From the NCBI GenBank assembly GCA_950097015.1, contig CATNEN010000005.1:4960001-5024000 (forward strand): DNA of 64,000 bases, read 5' to 3'. This DNA is from Macrostomum hystrix (Eukaryota > Animalia > Platyhelminthes). Each line of letters opens with the position of its first letter. Position 1 is the first letter of the stretch. A program made the translations under genes and the position numbers. The notes under the pieces were generated by a model that was not told where the DNA came from, did no database searches, and saw only the letters and a program-made list of their open reading frames with translations. Below, piece after piece: positions 36,071 to 45,865 of the stretch.

Positions 36071-36946
36071 TCAAAAAGCGCAGGGTGCCGGCAATGCTCG
36101 ATAGTAGGGCCAGCGGATTTGTTGAAATAGCCATCTGAACTCCATGTTAGTCACCTTCCTGTGTAGAACTGCCTCGCCGGTTGCTGCACTCCGGTGCACA
36201 TTATGGGCGACAGCCTGCAGCGCGGTGACAGCTTGTTGATGCGGCAGACCTTTCAGCGCTGTCGTACTTTTCCAAATTTGAGTACGCTGCGGGTACGACT
36301 GTTCGTAAGTATGGAATGCCACCCTTTCCATGTACGCTGTCAAGTCGTGCACCATTTTCTCCCTCTCTTCATCTTCTGGCGTTGGTAGATTCTGCAGTGC
36401 AGGCGGTGTAGGTTGCGACATGGTGCGCGGCGGCGGTGTGGCAGGAGTCGGCTGCGACATGGCATGCGTCGGCTGTGTGGCAGGAATCGGCTGCGACGTG
36501 GCATGCGTCGGCTGTGTGGCAGGAATCGGCTGCGACGGCGGTGACGGCTTCGGCGGCACTCTCGGCTGCGGCGGCGGTGACGGCTTCGGTGGCAGTATTA
36601 GCTGTGTCTCTCTCCGAGCCCGGGATTCTAGTGGTGCTGGCCTTAGTTGCTTTGCTGGCCCAGCCGAATGCCGATGAGGAACAGCTTCCGCCGAACGCGC
36701 TGGACCGCCAGTACTCAGGCGAACAACTGATTTTAGCTGCCGACCGGCGCTTGACGCCGGGACCAGTCTCGCTTGTTTTACCTCTACTGGAGATGGCGTG
36801 CGTGCCCTTTTCGTTGTCATGTTGGTCGCTATTGGCAGCTTTGGTCGGGTGCTGACTCGTTCAGGTGCGGCTGGCTCCATGTTTTCCTGGGCTGGATTAC
36901 CCTCGTTCAACAATTCTTCTAGAAACGTGTCTAGATCGCAATCCAT
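36071..36946 (-). CDS. Extra ORF3 of the Gypsy element, 291 aa, Pro-rich, not env-like
   Basis: Intact ATG-to-stop ORF between pol and the 3' LTR, on the same strand as gag-pol. Confidence 0.7.
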   Translation of the reverse strand: MDCDLDTFLEELLNEGNPAQENMEPAAPERVSTRPKLPIATNMTTKRARTPSPVEVKQARLVPASSAGRQLKSVVRLSTGGPARSAEAVPHRHSAGPAKQLRPAPLESRARRETQLILPPKPSPPPQPRVPPKPSPPSQPIPATQPTHATSQPIPATQPTHAMSQPTPATPPPRTMSQPTPPALQNLPTPEDEEREKMVHDLTAYMERVAFHTYEQSYPQRTQIWKSTTALKGLPHQQAVTALQAVAHNVHRSAATGEAVLHRKVTNMEFRWLFQQIRWPYYRALPAPCAF

Positions 36947-37368
36947 TTTGTTTGTCTTATTAATGCAATTTACGTGCGCAAGTCTCGCTCTCTTAGCTCG
37001 CCTTGAAGAATTTTCTCCAGCGGGCCCAGGGGGTCTGAGGATATAGAATTAAAACTGGACCGCATCATTGTGTTCGGGCTCCCCAGGGATCTGAGGGCCA
37101 CTTTTGACACCTTTACTCAGCCGAGTCATAGATCACACTTATTTAATTTCACTTTCTGACTTTATCATTTACACTTACATTTTCATGTTTAGATTCTTTT
37201 TCAAGATCTCAATCTCCCGAATACATTGGTGTTTTTACTTTTTCAATATCATTTTCAGATCACAATTTATTTACTTTTTTTAATTTTTCTTACTTGAAAT
37301 CTTAATCAATTAACATTGGCTTTAATGCAAATCTGTGTTAACTTGGCTCCCATTGTTCTCTATTGTTC

Positions 37369-40300
37369 TCAATTTAGGTGTCGCCTATACCTCTCGCGGG
37401 GCACAAATCCGTGTGTGACTGGCTGGGTATGACGCAATCTTCCCCTGCCTGGGGTAGGCTCTGCTGTGTCCGTTGGCTGCACGCGCTCGCCTCGTGATCT
37501 CAGATTATATTCGTGTGTTTCTTCTGCCTGTACATTTCTTTCTTCTTCACGTTCAATCTCTGACTCATTCATGTTCATTTCCTCAGTCTTGTCCATTTCG
37601 CTGTCTGTTCCTTCTTGTTCTGACTCATTCGATTCTTCTTGCCTTTCGCTTTCATTGTCAGGGAAGGCTTCCTGTTCTGCATACATTTCATCTTCAGATT
37701 CTTCATTTGGCATATTAGCTCTCCATCTTATTCTGTCTTCTTCTTCGGATTCGTCTTCTTCTTCATTAATGACAATTACATTCTGTTTATTTTTATTTGA
37801 GGTGGCCTGACCTCCCTTAACTTTTGACCGTGTGGTGTGACTAGTTTTGTGACCTCCCTTTCTTGTTTGTTCTGCGGATTGCAATGTGATCTGTGTGTTT
37901 GGCACTGGTGTAATGTTATTTCTATGCACAATTAATTTCTCTCCTACTCTTTCTCCTTCTATTTCTTTCTGAACACGATAAACTGTGTCGGATAACTGAG
38001 CAAGTACTCGGTACGCGGCTCGCTTTTTCCTGTGAAACTTATGGCTCTCATCCTGATGTAGCTGAGGATTATTTAACAGTACTATTCCTCCAATAATAAT
38101 TTCTTTTGGCTTCTTGGCTACTTCAGCCTTTTCTTTTCTTTGTTCATTAATCTTCTCTAGCTTCTGTTTGACAATCTTATTAGCTTTCGCCAATCTTTCA
38201 GCATGGTCTTTTACATAACTAGGATAGTTAGCGAATTCGTGCGGTCTTTTGACTATGTTGTCTATGGGCAAAGTTGCTTCACGCCCAAATAATAGATAGT
38301 GAGGCGAATATCCGGTGGTTTGATTAATACTCGTTCGCACTGCTACAAGCGCGGCTGGAATCATGAGATCCCAGTCAGAGTGATCTTTGTTAATCAGACA
38401 TGTAACTATCGACTTGACTTGTCCGTTAAATCGTTCAACTAAGCCGTTACTTTGAGCATGGTAGGGTGTAGTGCACGTGTGCTTTATCCCGTACAGCTCA
38501 CAGAATGCTTGAAATTGTCGGCTAGTAAATGACTTTCCATTATCAGTATGGATCCATTTGCATTGTCCGTATTCTGCGAATACTCTTTCTTGCAATATCT
38601 TAATCACAGTATCTGATTTCTGGTTCCTGGTCGGAAAAGCGAATGGGAATCTAGTTGTACTATCGACTATTGTCAGTACATACTTGTGCCCTCTTTTGCT
38701 GTCCTTGGACACAGGTCCAATGAAATCTATATGGAGGCGCTCAAACGGCTCACAAATCGGATAATTCTGCACAGGTGCTGGGATACGCTGTCCCGCTTTA
38801 CTCTCTAAACACGTTATACACTCTGAAACGTACTTCTCAATTGCAGTGACTAGTCCGGGTCTCCAAAACCGTTCACGCACTCTCTGCGTGGTTTTATCAC
38901 GGCCTAGGTGACCTGCCAATGGGCTGTCATGCAGTTCTCTAAACACAGCTTTTTCAATGCTCTTTGGCAACACAATTTTTCTGATTCCTTCTTCTTGAAT
39001 CGTCAATAACTCATCTTCGAACTTCATCTGTTCGTAGTACTTTAACATCTTCTTCAATTCTTCTGACAATTTGTCTTCTGTCGGTTTTTCTACTGCATTC
39101 TTCTTCCAATTTATCAGTGTTCTCACTGAGGAGTCTTCTTGCTGGGCTTGCACCAACTGCTCCTTCTTGAGTGGAACCTCGAGATAATCAGTAAGAAGTT
39201 TCCGACATCTCTCTTCTTCAACTTCTTCATCTTCAACGTAATCTCTCGCATCTTCGAATACATCATCATCATCTTCATCGTCTTCGTCATCTTCCTGTAC
39301 TTTCTGCTCTTTGAGAATCTCCAGATCAGTCTGACAGCTTTGATGCTTCAGTGAGCTTTTGCTAGTCAACTGTTTTGCTGGCATCTCCTTCTCAATTACA
39401 CGATCATCGCGGACATCGGTACCGGTTTCCTCGATTTCTTCAGGTGGCTGAATCAGTCCTACCTGGCTGTCTGGTAAGCTCACCTTCGGTTCACTTCCTT
39501 TCAATTCTAATTCAGAGTCCATTTTTCGGTCAATTTGTGTTGGCTTTGTAATTTCGGTCTCAGCAGGTCGTCGGGATAAACTGTCAGCGTTGCTGTGCTT
39601 GCTGCCCGAACGATGCTCGATGTCATACTGGAACTCGCTTAGCCGCTCGATCCAACGACCAAGAATTCCTTGCGCTTCAGTCTGGCGTAGAAGCCATAGG
39701 ATCGCCTTGTGATCAGTGCGGGCTAAGAATCGCTTGCCAATGAGATAAAATCGAAAGTGCTTCATCCCATCAACCAATGCTAACAACTCTTTTCTGGTGA
39801 TCGGATATCTCTTTTCAGAATCTTTCATAGCTCGGCTAAAGTACGCAATCGGCCTTTCCGTGCCGTCGGACTGTATTTGTCCAAGACAGGCGCCAATTCG
39901 ATTGTCGCTAGCATCGACATCTAGGACCATTCGTACTTTTTCATTCTCAGAAAACTCTGGATAGGCAAGTACTTCAGTGGACATTAGCTTTTGCTTTAAC
40001 AGTTCAAATGACTCAGTATGTACTTTAGTCCATTTTTCTTTGAAATTCTGCACTCCCTTCTTAGTTAATTGAAATAACGGGTGTGCGGCATCAGCATAAT
40101 TCTTAACAAATCGGCAATAGTAATTGCATAATCCAAGGAAGCTTCTTAGTTCTTTAACATCTTTAGGCACTGGCCAAGTTCTAATAGCTTCAATCTTTGC
40201 CGGGTCTGTTCTTATTCCATCGACTCCGACTACATGTCCTAAGTACTTTAATTCTTGCTGAAACAAGTTGCACTTTTTTGGTCTTAGCTTCAATCTAGCT

Positions 40301-41925
40301 GTTATCAATCTTTGAAATACTTCTTTCAGATGACTGAGATGTTCTTCAAAAGTCTTAGAATAAGTCACTATGTCATCAATGTAAGACATGGCAAACTTGT
40401 GCTGAATGCCAGTTAAAACTAAGTTCATAAGTCTTTGAAAAGTACCGGGCGCATTAGACAGTCCTTGCGCCATGACTTGATATTCAAATTGGCCTCTCGT
40501 TAACGTAGAAAATGCTGTCATGTACTTGTGTTCCTCCTTTATGGGAACTTGCCAATAACCCGAATTAAGGTCAAGGCTGCTAAAGTACTGGCTTCCGGTT
40601 AGATGTGAGAATGTCTCCTGGATGTTCGGTAGAGGATATGGATAGTAATCCACTCTTGAGTTTAAAACTCGAAAATCACTGACAATTCTGATGGTTCCAT
40701 CCTTCTTAGGTACAATGACCAATGGTGTTGAGTAGGTACTATAGCTTGGTCTTATCAAGTTCTTAGCGAGCATGTCGTCTAATTGATCATCCACTTGTTT
40801 TTGCAAATGCGGCGGAATCCGTCTGGTAGGAATTCGAACCGGTGTGGTGTCTCTCAATGAGATTTCGTGGGTCACCAAGTGGGTCAGACCCATTTCTTGA
40901 CTGGTCTGAGAGAATGCTTCTCTGTGTTCCTTTACCAGCTCGATAACTTGGTCTTTCTGTTTGTCAGTCAGATTTTCTCCTAGATTGATCTCAGTGATCC
41001 AATCTTCTTGGCTTAATTGCTCGCATTTCGCAGTCTTGACATGTCCATTGGGTTTGACTTTTTCTGTTTGTTCTTGCTCGGCATAGTAAGTTAAGTCTTT
41101 AGCTTGCAATGGCTTGGCAAATCCGATAATCGTAGATCTCGATAGCGGTATGTCGTCACTCTGCTTATTAATAACTTCAATGACTCCTGTTCCATTACTC
41201 ATGGTTACTAGAGTCGGTATTACATCCAAAGTACCTTTCTTGGTATTGATCTGTCCTCTGATTGGTTCAATAGTCATTGGCGTGCCATAATTGGCTTCAG
41301 CATTTTTCGGCAGTTTAACAGAAATTCTAAGTGCACTATTAGCTGGCACAATTACTTTTTCAGAGCAATATACTCGACAAACACGAACTGGCAATTTAGT
41401 AAATTGAATTGGAATGCACATATTACTTCTTAGTACAAGCATGCCTGTGGCAAAGTTAATATTATTGCAATAATCTTGGAAAAATTCCATCCCTAGGATA
41501 TCGTCACAGTCGTGATGGCACAAGAGAAATTCGGTCTCGATTTCAACTTCTCCAAATTTTACTTTAACAGTTACTTCTCCTGCAATCTTTACAGTTGCTC
41601 CATCAAACGTGGTCACTCTTCGATTGCTTGGCTCAATTTCATTGTCTTTAACCATCTTCTTCCAGGAGTTCTTTCCTAGGAAGTTATGTCCTGCACCAGT
41701 GTCTAGCAAAAATGTTACTTTCTGATTCCGAATCTCGCCTTTCACAACTGCTTCACGACCTTTCTTCTCTGCACTAGATTCAGTTTGTACTTTCTCAGAG
41801 TTTACATTATCATTTACATTAGGTTTCTGCTTATTACTTGCCAGTTTAATTGAGGCCTGAGTTTCGCTGGCTGTACTTTTAGAGGGGCGTGGCCTCGCAT
41901 TTCGTCCCTCACGAATCAGTTTCCC
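37369..41925 (-). CDS. pol: Gypsy pol (protease-RT-RNase H-integrase), expressed by -1 frameshift from gag
   Basis: LLDTGA protease, YIDD RT, DVDAS RNase H, HDSPLAGH..C..C zinc finger and DDE integrase core. The frame is open from the GGGAAAC slippery site (41925-41919) onward. Confidence 0.96.
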   Translation of the reverse strand, partial: GKLIREGRNARPRPSKSTASETQASIKLASNKQKPNVNDNVNSEKVQTESSAEKKGREAVVKGEIRNQKVTFLLDTGAGHNFLGKNSWKKMVKDNEIEPSNRRVTTFDGATVKIAGEVTVKVKFGEVEIETEFLLCHHDCDDILGMEFFQDYCNNINFATGMLVLRSNMCIPIQFTKLPVRVCRVYCSEKVIVPANSALRISVKLPKNAEANYGTPMTIEPIRGQINTKKGTLDVIPTLVTMSNGTGVIEVINKQSDDIPLSRSTIIGFAKPLQAKDLTYYAEQEQTEKVKPNGHVKTAKCEQLSQEDWITEINLGENLTDKQKDQVIELVKEHREAFSQTSQEMGLTHLVTHEISLRDTTPVRIPTRRIPPHLQKQVDDQLDDMLAKNLIRPSYSTYSTPLVIVPKKDGTIRIVSDFRVLNSRVDYYPYPLPNIQETFSHLTGSQYFSSLDLNSGYWQVPIKEEHKYMTAFSTLTRGQFEYQVMAQGLSNAPGTFQRLMNLVLTGIQHKFAMSYIDDIVTYSKTFEEHLSHLKEVFQRLITARLKLRPKKCNLFQQELKYLGHVVGVDGIRTDPAKIEAIRTWPVPKDVKELRSFLGLCNYYCRFVKNYADAAHPLFQLTKKGVQNFKEKWTKVHTESFELLKQKLMSTEVLAYPEFSENEKVRMVLDVDASDNRIGACLGQIQSDGTERPIAYFSRAMKDSEKRYPITRKELLALVDGMKHFRFYLIGKRFLARTDHKAILWLLRQTEAQGILGRWIERLSEFQYDIEHRSGSKHSNADSLSRRPAETEITKPTQIDRKMDSELELKGSEPKVSLPDSQVGLIQPPEEIEETGTDVRDDRVIEKEMPAKQLTSKSSLKHQSCQTDLEILKEQKVQEDDEDDEDDDDVFEDARDYVEDEEVEEERCRKLLTDYLEVPLKKEQLVQAQQEDSSVRTLINWKKNAVEKPTEDKLSEELKKMLKYYEQMKFEDELLTIQEEGIRKIVLPKSIEKAVFRELHDSPLAGHLGRDKTTQRVRERFWRPGLVTAIEKYVSECITCLESKAGQRIPAPVQNYPICEPFERLHIDFIGPVSKDSKRGHKYVLTIVDSTTRFPFAFPTRNQKSDTVIKILQERVFAEYGQCKWIHTDNGKSFTSRQFQAFCELYGIKHTCTTPYHAQSNGLVERFNGQVKSIVTCLINKDHSDWDLMIPAALVAVRTSINQTTGYSPHYLLFGREATLPIDNIVKRPHEFANYPSYVKDHAERLAKANKIVKQKLEKINEQRKEKAEVAKKPKEIIIGGIVLLNNPQLHQDESHKFHRKKRAAYRVLAQLSDTVYRVQKEIEGERVGEKLIVHRNNITPVPNTQITLQSAEQTRKGGHKTSHTTRSKVKGGQATSNKNKQNVIVINEEEDESEEEDRIRWRANMPNEESEDEMYAEQEAFPDNESERQEESNESEQEGTDSEMDKTEEMNMNESEIEREEERNVQAEETHEYNLRSRGERVQPTDTAEPTPGRGRLRHTQPVTHGFVPRERYRRHLN

Positions 41926-42935
41926 TGATTCTGCGCCTGCGGCTGGTTCTGCCGAGGAGCTCTGCAGTGTTTCGCGATGTGTCCTGTCTTACGGCAATTG
42001 TAGCAAGTTAGTGGTGGTCTCGCCTGCTGCTGCTGGGACTGCCACTGCGTCTGCTGATGCTGCTGTTGGTATTGCTGCCGTGACGGCCGCTGATAATGCT
42101 GCTGCTGATATTGCGGCTGCTGATATGGCTGACGCTGCTGGTACTGCTGGTGTTGCTGAACACTTGGCCGGTATGATTTTGCAGCTTGAGCATAGGTTTG
42201 TTGTTGCTGTTTGTTGGCCATCAGTTCTTGTAGTGTCTTCTTCTGCAATTCGAGCTGAGCTTGCTGCTGTCTGATGACTTCCTCCAGTCGATCTTGCTCG
42301 CTTCGTCTTCGCTCGAGTTCTTCCTCGCCTTTGGCCATTCTCATGCCGATGTTCCGATGAGTCATATTCCATGCAGCTTCCATCCGTCTTAACATTCGTC
42401 TGGCCTCCTGTAGGTTAGCAGGCTGAGCAAAGATCAATTTCTCTCGCGTTTCAGCGGATATTCTTACTCCTTTAATAAACTGTTCCACGATCTCTTCTTC
42501 CTTCTGTTCCATATTCATATTTGGAAAAGCTCTAGCAGCTAATTCAATCAGACAATCAGAGAAGGTTTCGACTGACTCATTCTTACTCTGCATTCGTCCT
42601 CTGAATTCTTCACGGAATTCGGCGGAGCTGCCGATTCTTCCGAATCGTTCAATTAATCTGTCTTTAAATTCTTCATATTCCAAATCATCTGGAAGATTCA
42701 ATCTTTGCACTGCGGCAAAAGCTGTGGTTAGGTCTAAATTGGCCAACAATTCTTGCTTTCTATTGTCTTCCTCAATACCTTCTGCTTCACAGCGTTGATC
42801 AAAGGCGGTAAGCCAAATTCTGATATCTTGTCCAGGTGTGAACTTTTGAATTTTTACATGACGCATAGGTCCAATCTCGAGTCGATTTCTCAACTCTTCT
42901 GCCAACATAGCGATTGCATCTTGTGCTTGGTTCAT
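41916..42935 (-). CDS. gag: Gypsy gag with CCHC zinc knuckle
   Basis: CYNCRKTGHIAKHC. ATG 40 nt after the 5' LTR. Confidence 0.95.
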   Translation of the reverse strand: MNQAQDAIAMLAEELRNRLEIGPMRHVKIQKFTPGQDIRIWLTAFDQRCEAEGIEEDNRKQELLANLDLTTAFAAVQRLNLPDDLEYEEFKDRLIERFGRIGSSAEFREEFRGRMQSKNESVETFSDCLIELAARAFPNMNMEQKEEEIVEQFIKGVRISAETREKLIFAQPANLQEARRMLRRMEAAWNMTHRNIGMRMAKGEEELERRRSEQDRLEEVIRQQQAQLELQKKTLQELMANKQQQQTYAQAAKSYRPSVQQHQQYQQRQPYQQPQYQQQHYQRPSRQQYQQQHQQTQWQSQQQQARPPLTCYNCRKTGHIAKHCRAPRQNQPQAQNQGN

Positions 42936-42958
42936 TTTGCGCTGTTTCTAGATCCTTT

Positions 42959-42971
42959 ACCGCTGCCACCA
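42959..42971 (-). promoter_or_regulatory. Primer-binding site TGGTGGCAGCGGT (tRNA-Leu 3' end complement)
   Basis: Starts 4 nt after the LTR end. Complementary to ..ACCGCTGCCACCA. Confidence 0.8.
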
Positions 42972-42975
42972 AAGT

Positions 42976-43815
42976 TGTTGTAGGGCTAATTTAATTCTAC
43001 TGCTGTCACCAAAGTTGTCCTAGGCCTCTGTCTATATTCAATATTTATTCTAACAATGCCACCAAAGTTGTTACTGGGCCTTTTTATACTTTTGTCAATC
43101 TTATTAAAGTCTTTAATTATTCGCTTTATGTATTTCTTATCTCAATTCAAATTAGTAGCGTTTAGATATTCAAATATGGTAGCGTTATGTATTCAATCTG
43201 GTAGCGTTATACTTTCAGTATGGCCGGTATCTTTCCTCTATATTTCCTTCTGCTTATAACTTTACTGTGTTATTTCTATAAGTACTTTGTATCAATCTTT
43301 ATCCGTCTTTATCAGTCTTTATCCGTCTTTATCAGTCTTTATCCGTCTTTATCAGTCTTTATCCGTCTTTATCAGTCTTTCAATTATTATTCAGTTAACC
43401 ATCAATTTTAGTCTTCAGCTCAGTCTTCAATTTCAATCTTCAGTCCGTCTTCTGGGCTTTCCAGTGGATCTAGAGTTACAGCTTTTCTTCACTCTATTTA
43501 CTTCTCTTTCGCAATGTCTCTTTTTCTTCAAATAACTTTAACACTAACACTTCAAATTCAAGTTTTCTTTATTCTGAACGTATGTGTATACAACACGTTA
43601 ACACATTGTCTGTCTCCCTGTTTTCTCTCGTGTATTTATAGTAAATTCTCTTATCATTCCGCGACTTCATTCAAACAATAATTATTCGGTGCATTTAAAC
43701 AAAAGGTGCTTTTAAAACAAATTAGTGCATTTAAACAAAAGTTGAATTTCAAACAAAATACTAGATTTTCGCGGGAAAACGTTTCTAAGAAATATACAGT
43801 CGGTGCCCTATCTCA
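42976..43815 (-). repeat. 5' LTR (840 bp), with TATAAA near 43635-43640 and AATAAA near 43050
   Basis: On the minus strand it starts TGAGATAGGGC and ends GCCCTACAACA. Confidence 0.95.
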
Positions 43816-45865
43816 CAACCCTGCTTAATTATGTCCCCGGCTGATCAGTGGTGTGAGAACTAAAGTGTCAAATTAAAGCTACTGGTAAAGGGTCTTGTGC
43901 CCTCTCTATACCCTGGCCTGGCCTCTGGCTTGGTGCAACTGACAAGGTGCTACCACCATTGCTCACTGGCCAGCTCATGCTCTAGCATGCCAACGTTAGG
44001 TTCTCTAGTTAATATGTCTGGGTTGACATTGGCATTGACTGGAACCAGAGGGAGAATAACATGCTATGCATTGTACTGACAACAACCAGCCCTTAAATGT
44101 TTAGGATGATTCCAGGCCTATCCTTCTTATGCCTGCCTGGTGTGCTGGCCTCTGGAGGCTAGGGCTACTAGAAGAAGAAAGCATCTGTAGCAGCAATAAT
44201 GTCCACAGCAACCTCAGCAGCAGCCACTGCCAGCTCTACCACAGACCAACCCTCCAGCCCAGAGGCAATTTGCTGGCCATCATTAGAACTCTGCCAGAAG
44301 CAAAGGGCATCATAGGTGGTTGGTGCAGCTGCTTAAGAAGTACCTGTTGACCATTGCATATACCAGACTATACAGGCCATATATGCAGTTTTGATATTTT
44401 ATGTCATACTTAACTATGAACTCTACTCTATTCTAGAAGTCATATTTTTGGGTTTTATGTAAATTTATAACTGGCTAATTTTGCTAATATTTTTCTGAAA
44501 CTAGAATGCCATTTTTTACAGCAGTTTTTCAGGAGTCTAGTACATTGCTTATTTTTTTCAAGCTTACTTATCCACTAGACTAGCTTGTCTAGACTCTGAG
44601 TTCTAATGCAAATTCATAGAATTTCTTAGTATCACCATCATTTATCAATAATTAGGAGACAAACTGACTCACACAATATCAATTTTTATTATATAATAAT
44701 TTTTATAATCATTGACAATGATCTAAATAAATATCTAAATAGGAAAACTGCCGCAACTTTGCAAAACTAGAAGTAGGCCTAACAGGACTCACAAGAATAC
44801 ACAAGTTAATATCAAGATTAAATTTCTACAATCAATAATTTTTTAAGAATCAAATACTTTTTTTCTTTGCAATGCCAACTTAAACAGTAAAATAAAAATA
44901 GGCCTTATTAAATCTTAAATAAACCTTAGGAGGAGCTTATTGAATCAAATGGTATTAGACTTAGAATAAACTCTATTGATGCCACTATAGGCCTATCTCT
45001 AAGAGAAATGCTTGTCCTAAACAAATTAAGCAATATAAATTTAATTTTCTCTTTTCTTCATCTTTAAAAATTCAAACAAATTTACCCAAAAGTATAATAA
45101 TAGTAATACTAATAGGCCTTCACAAAAAAGCAAACAACTAACCAACTAGGCCTAACCATTTTAATTAGGCCTACATTAAAATCTTGTTTTTTTCTGACAT
45201 GAATTTTTCATGTGAATGCATTTTGAATATATATTTTGTATTTGCACCTAGACTTCAGGCTAAAGATGCTAGCTTGCATCTGCATTCTGGACAAAAAGAA
45301 CTACTGGCCCTAGGGCCTATGTAGTCCAAATGATTATTATTTATATGCGCGTTGGAAATTGGAATATTTCAGCATATTCCAACTTTAACTTAAGCTTAAA
45401 CTAAGAAAATATTGCTGTTTATTTGAAATAAGTACACTTATTTAAAAAGTTAACAATAGAACCCAGGCCTACTTAATTATCCTGCAAATCAGCAACGGAG
45501 CCTTGAATTTTTTAACTCTGTTGCACGTGATAGATGTAGATTGCACGTATGCTTAACAACGCAAAATATTTACATCCGGAAAGCAAACATATTAACACAT
45601 AGAAACTTTTTAACATTTTTTCTTGTAAAATTTTACTTTCGAAAGTTCTATATTGTATTCATGTGTTATTATATATCAGCAATATCACACTTTAATAAAT
45701 GGCTTTTTAAGTCTGCCTTTGTCAACAAAAAATATTTAAGTACTCACATTATTCACAGTTTTCGAACCGCTTGCAAATAATCGAGAATCAAACGAGAGTT
45801 AAAAAAAAACAATAAAATTTCATAGTGTTCAATGATTTCCTTTGATTCCTTCGTCGAGCCTGAAA

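Larger units (their letters stand above)
34927..43815 (-). mobile_element. Full-length Ty3/Gypsy LTR retrotransposon (8.9 kb) with 4-bp TSD CAAC
   Basis: Near-identical LTRs with TG..CA ends. CAAC at 34923-34926 and 43816-43819. tRNA-Leu-type PBS, PPT, gag, pol and an extra ORF. Confidence 0.97.

Noticed and set aside
34400-44380. CpG-poor sequence on both sides of the Gypsy insertion (34400-34926 and 43816-44380) as a decayed LINE or gene
   Set aside because: No recognisable protein motif in any frame, so I cannot support a call.
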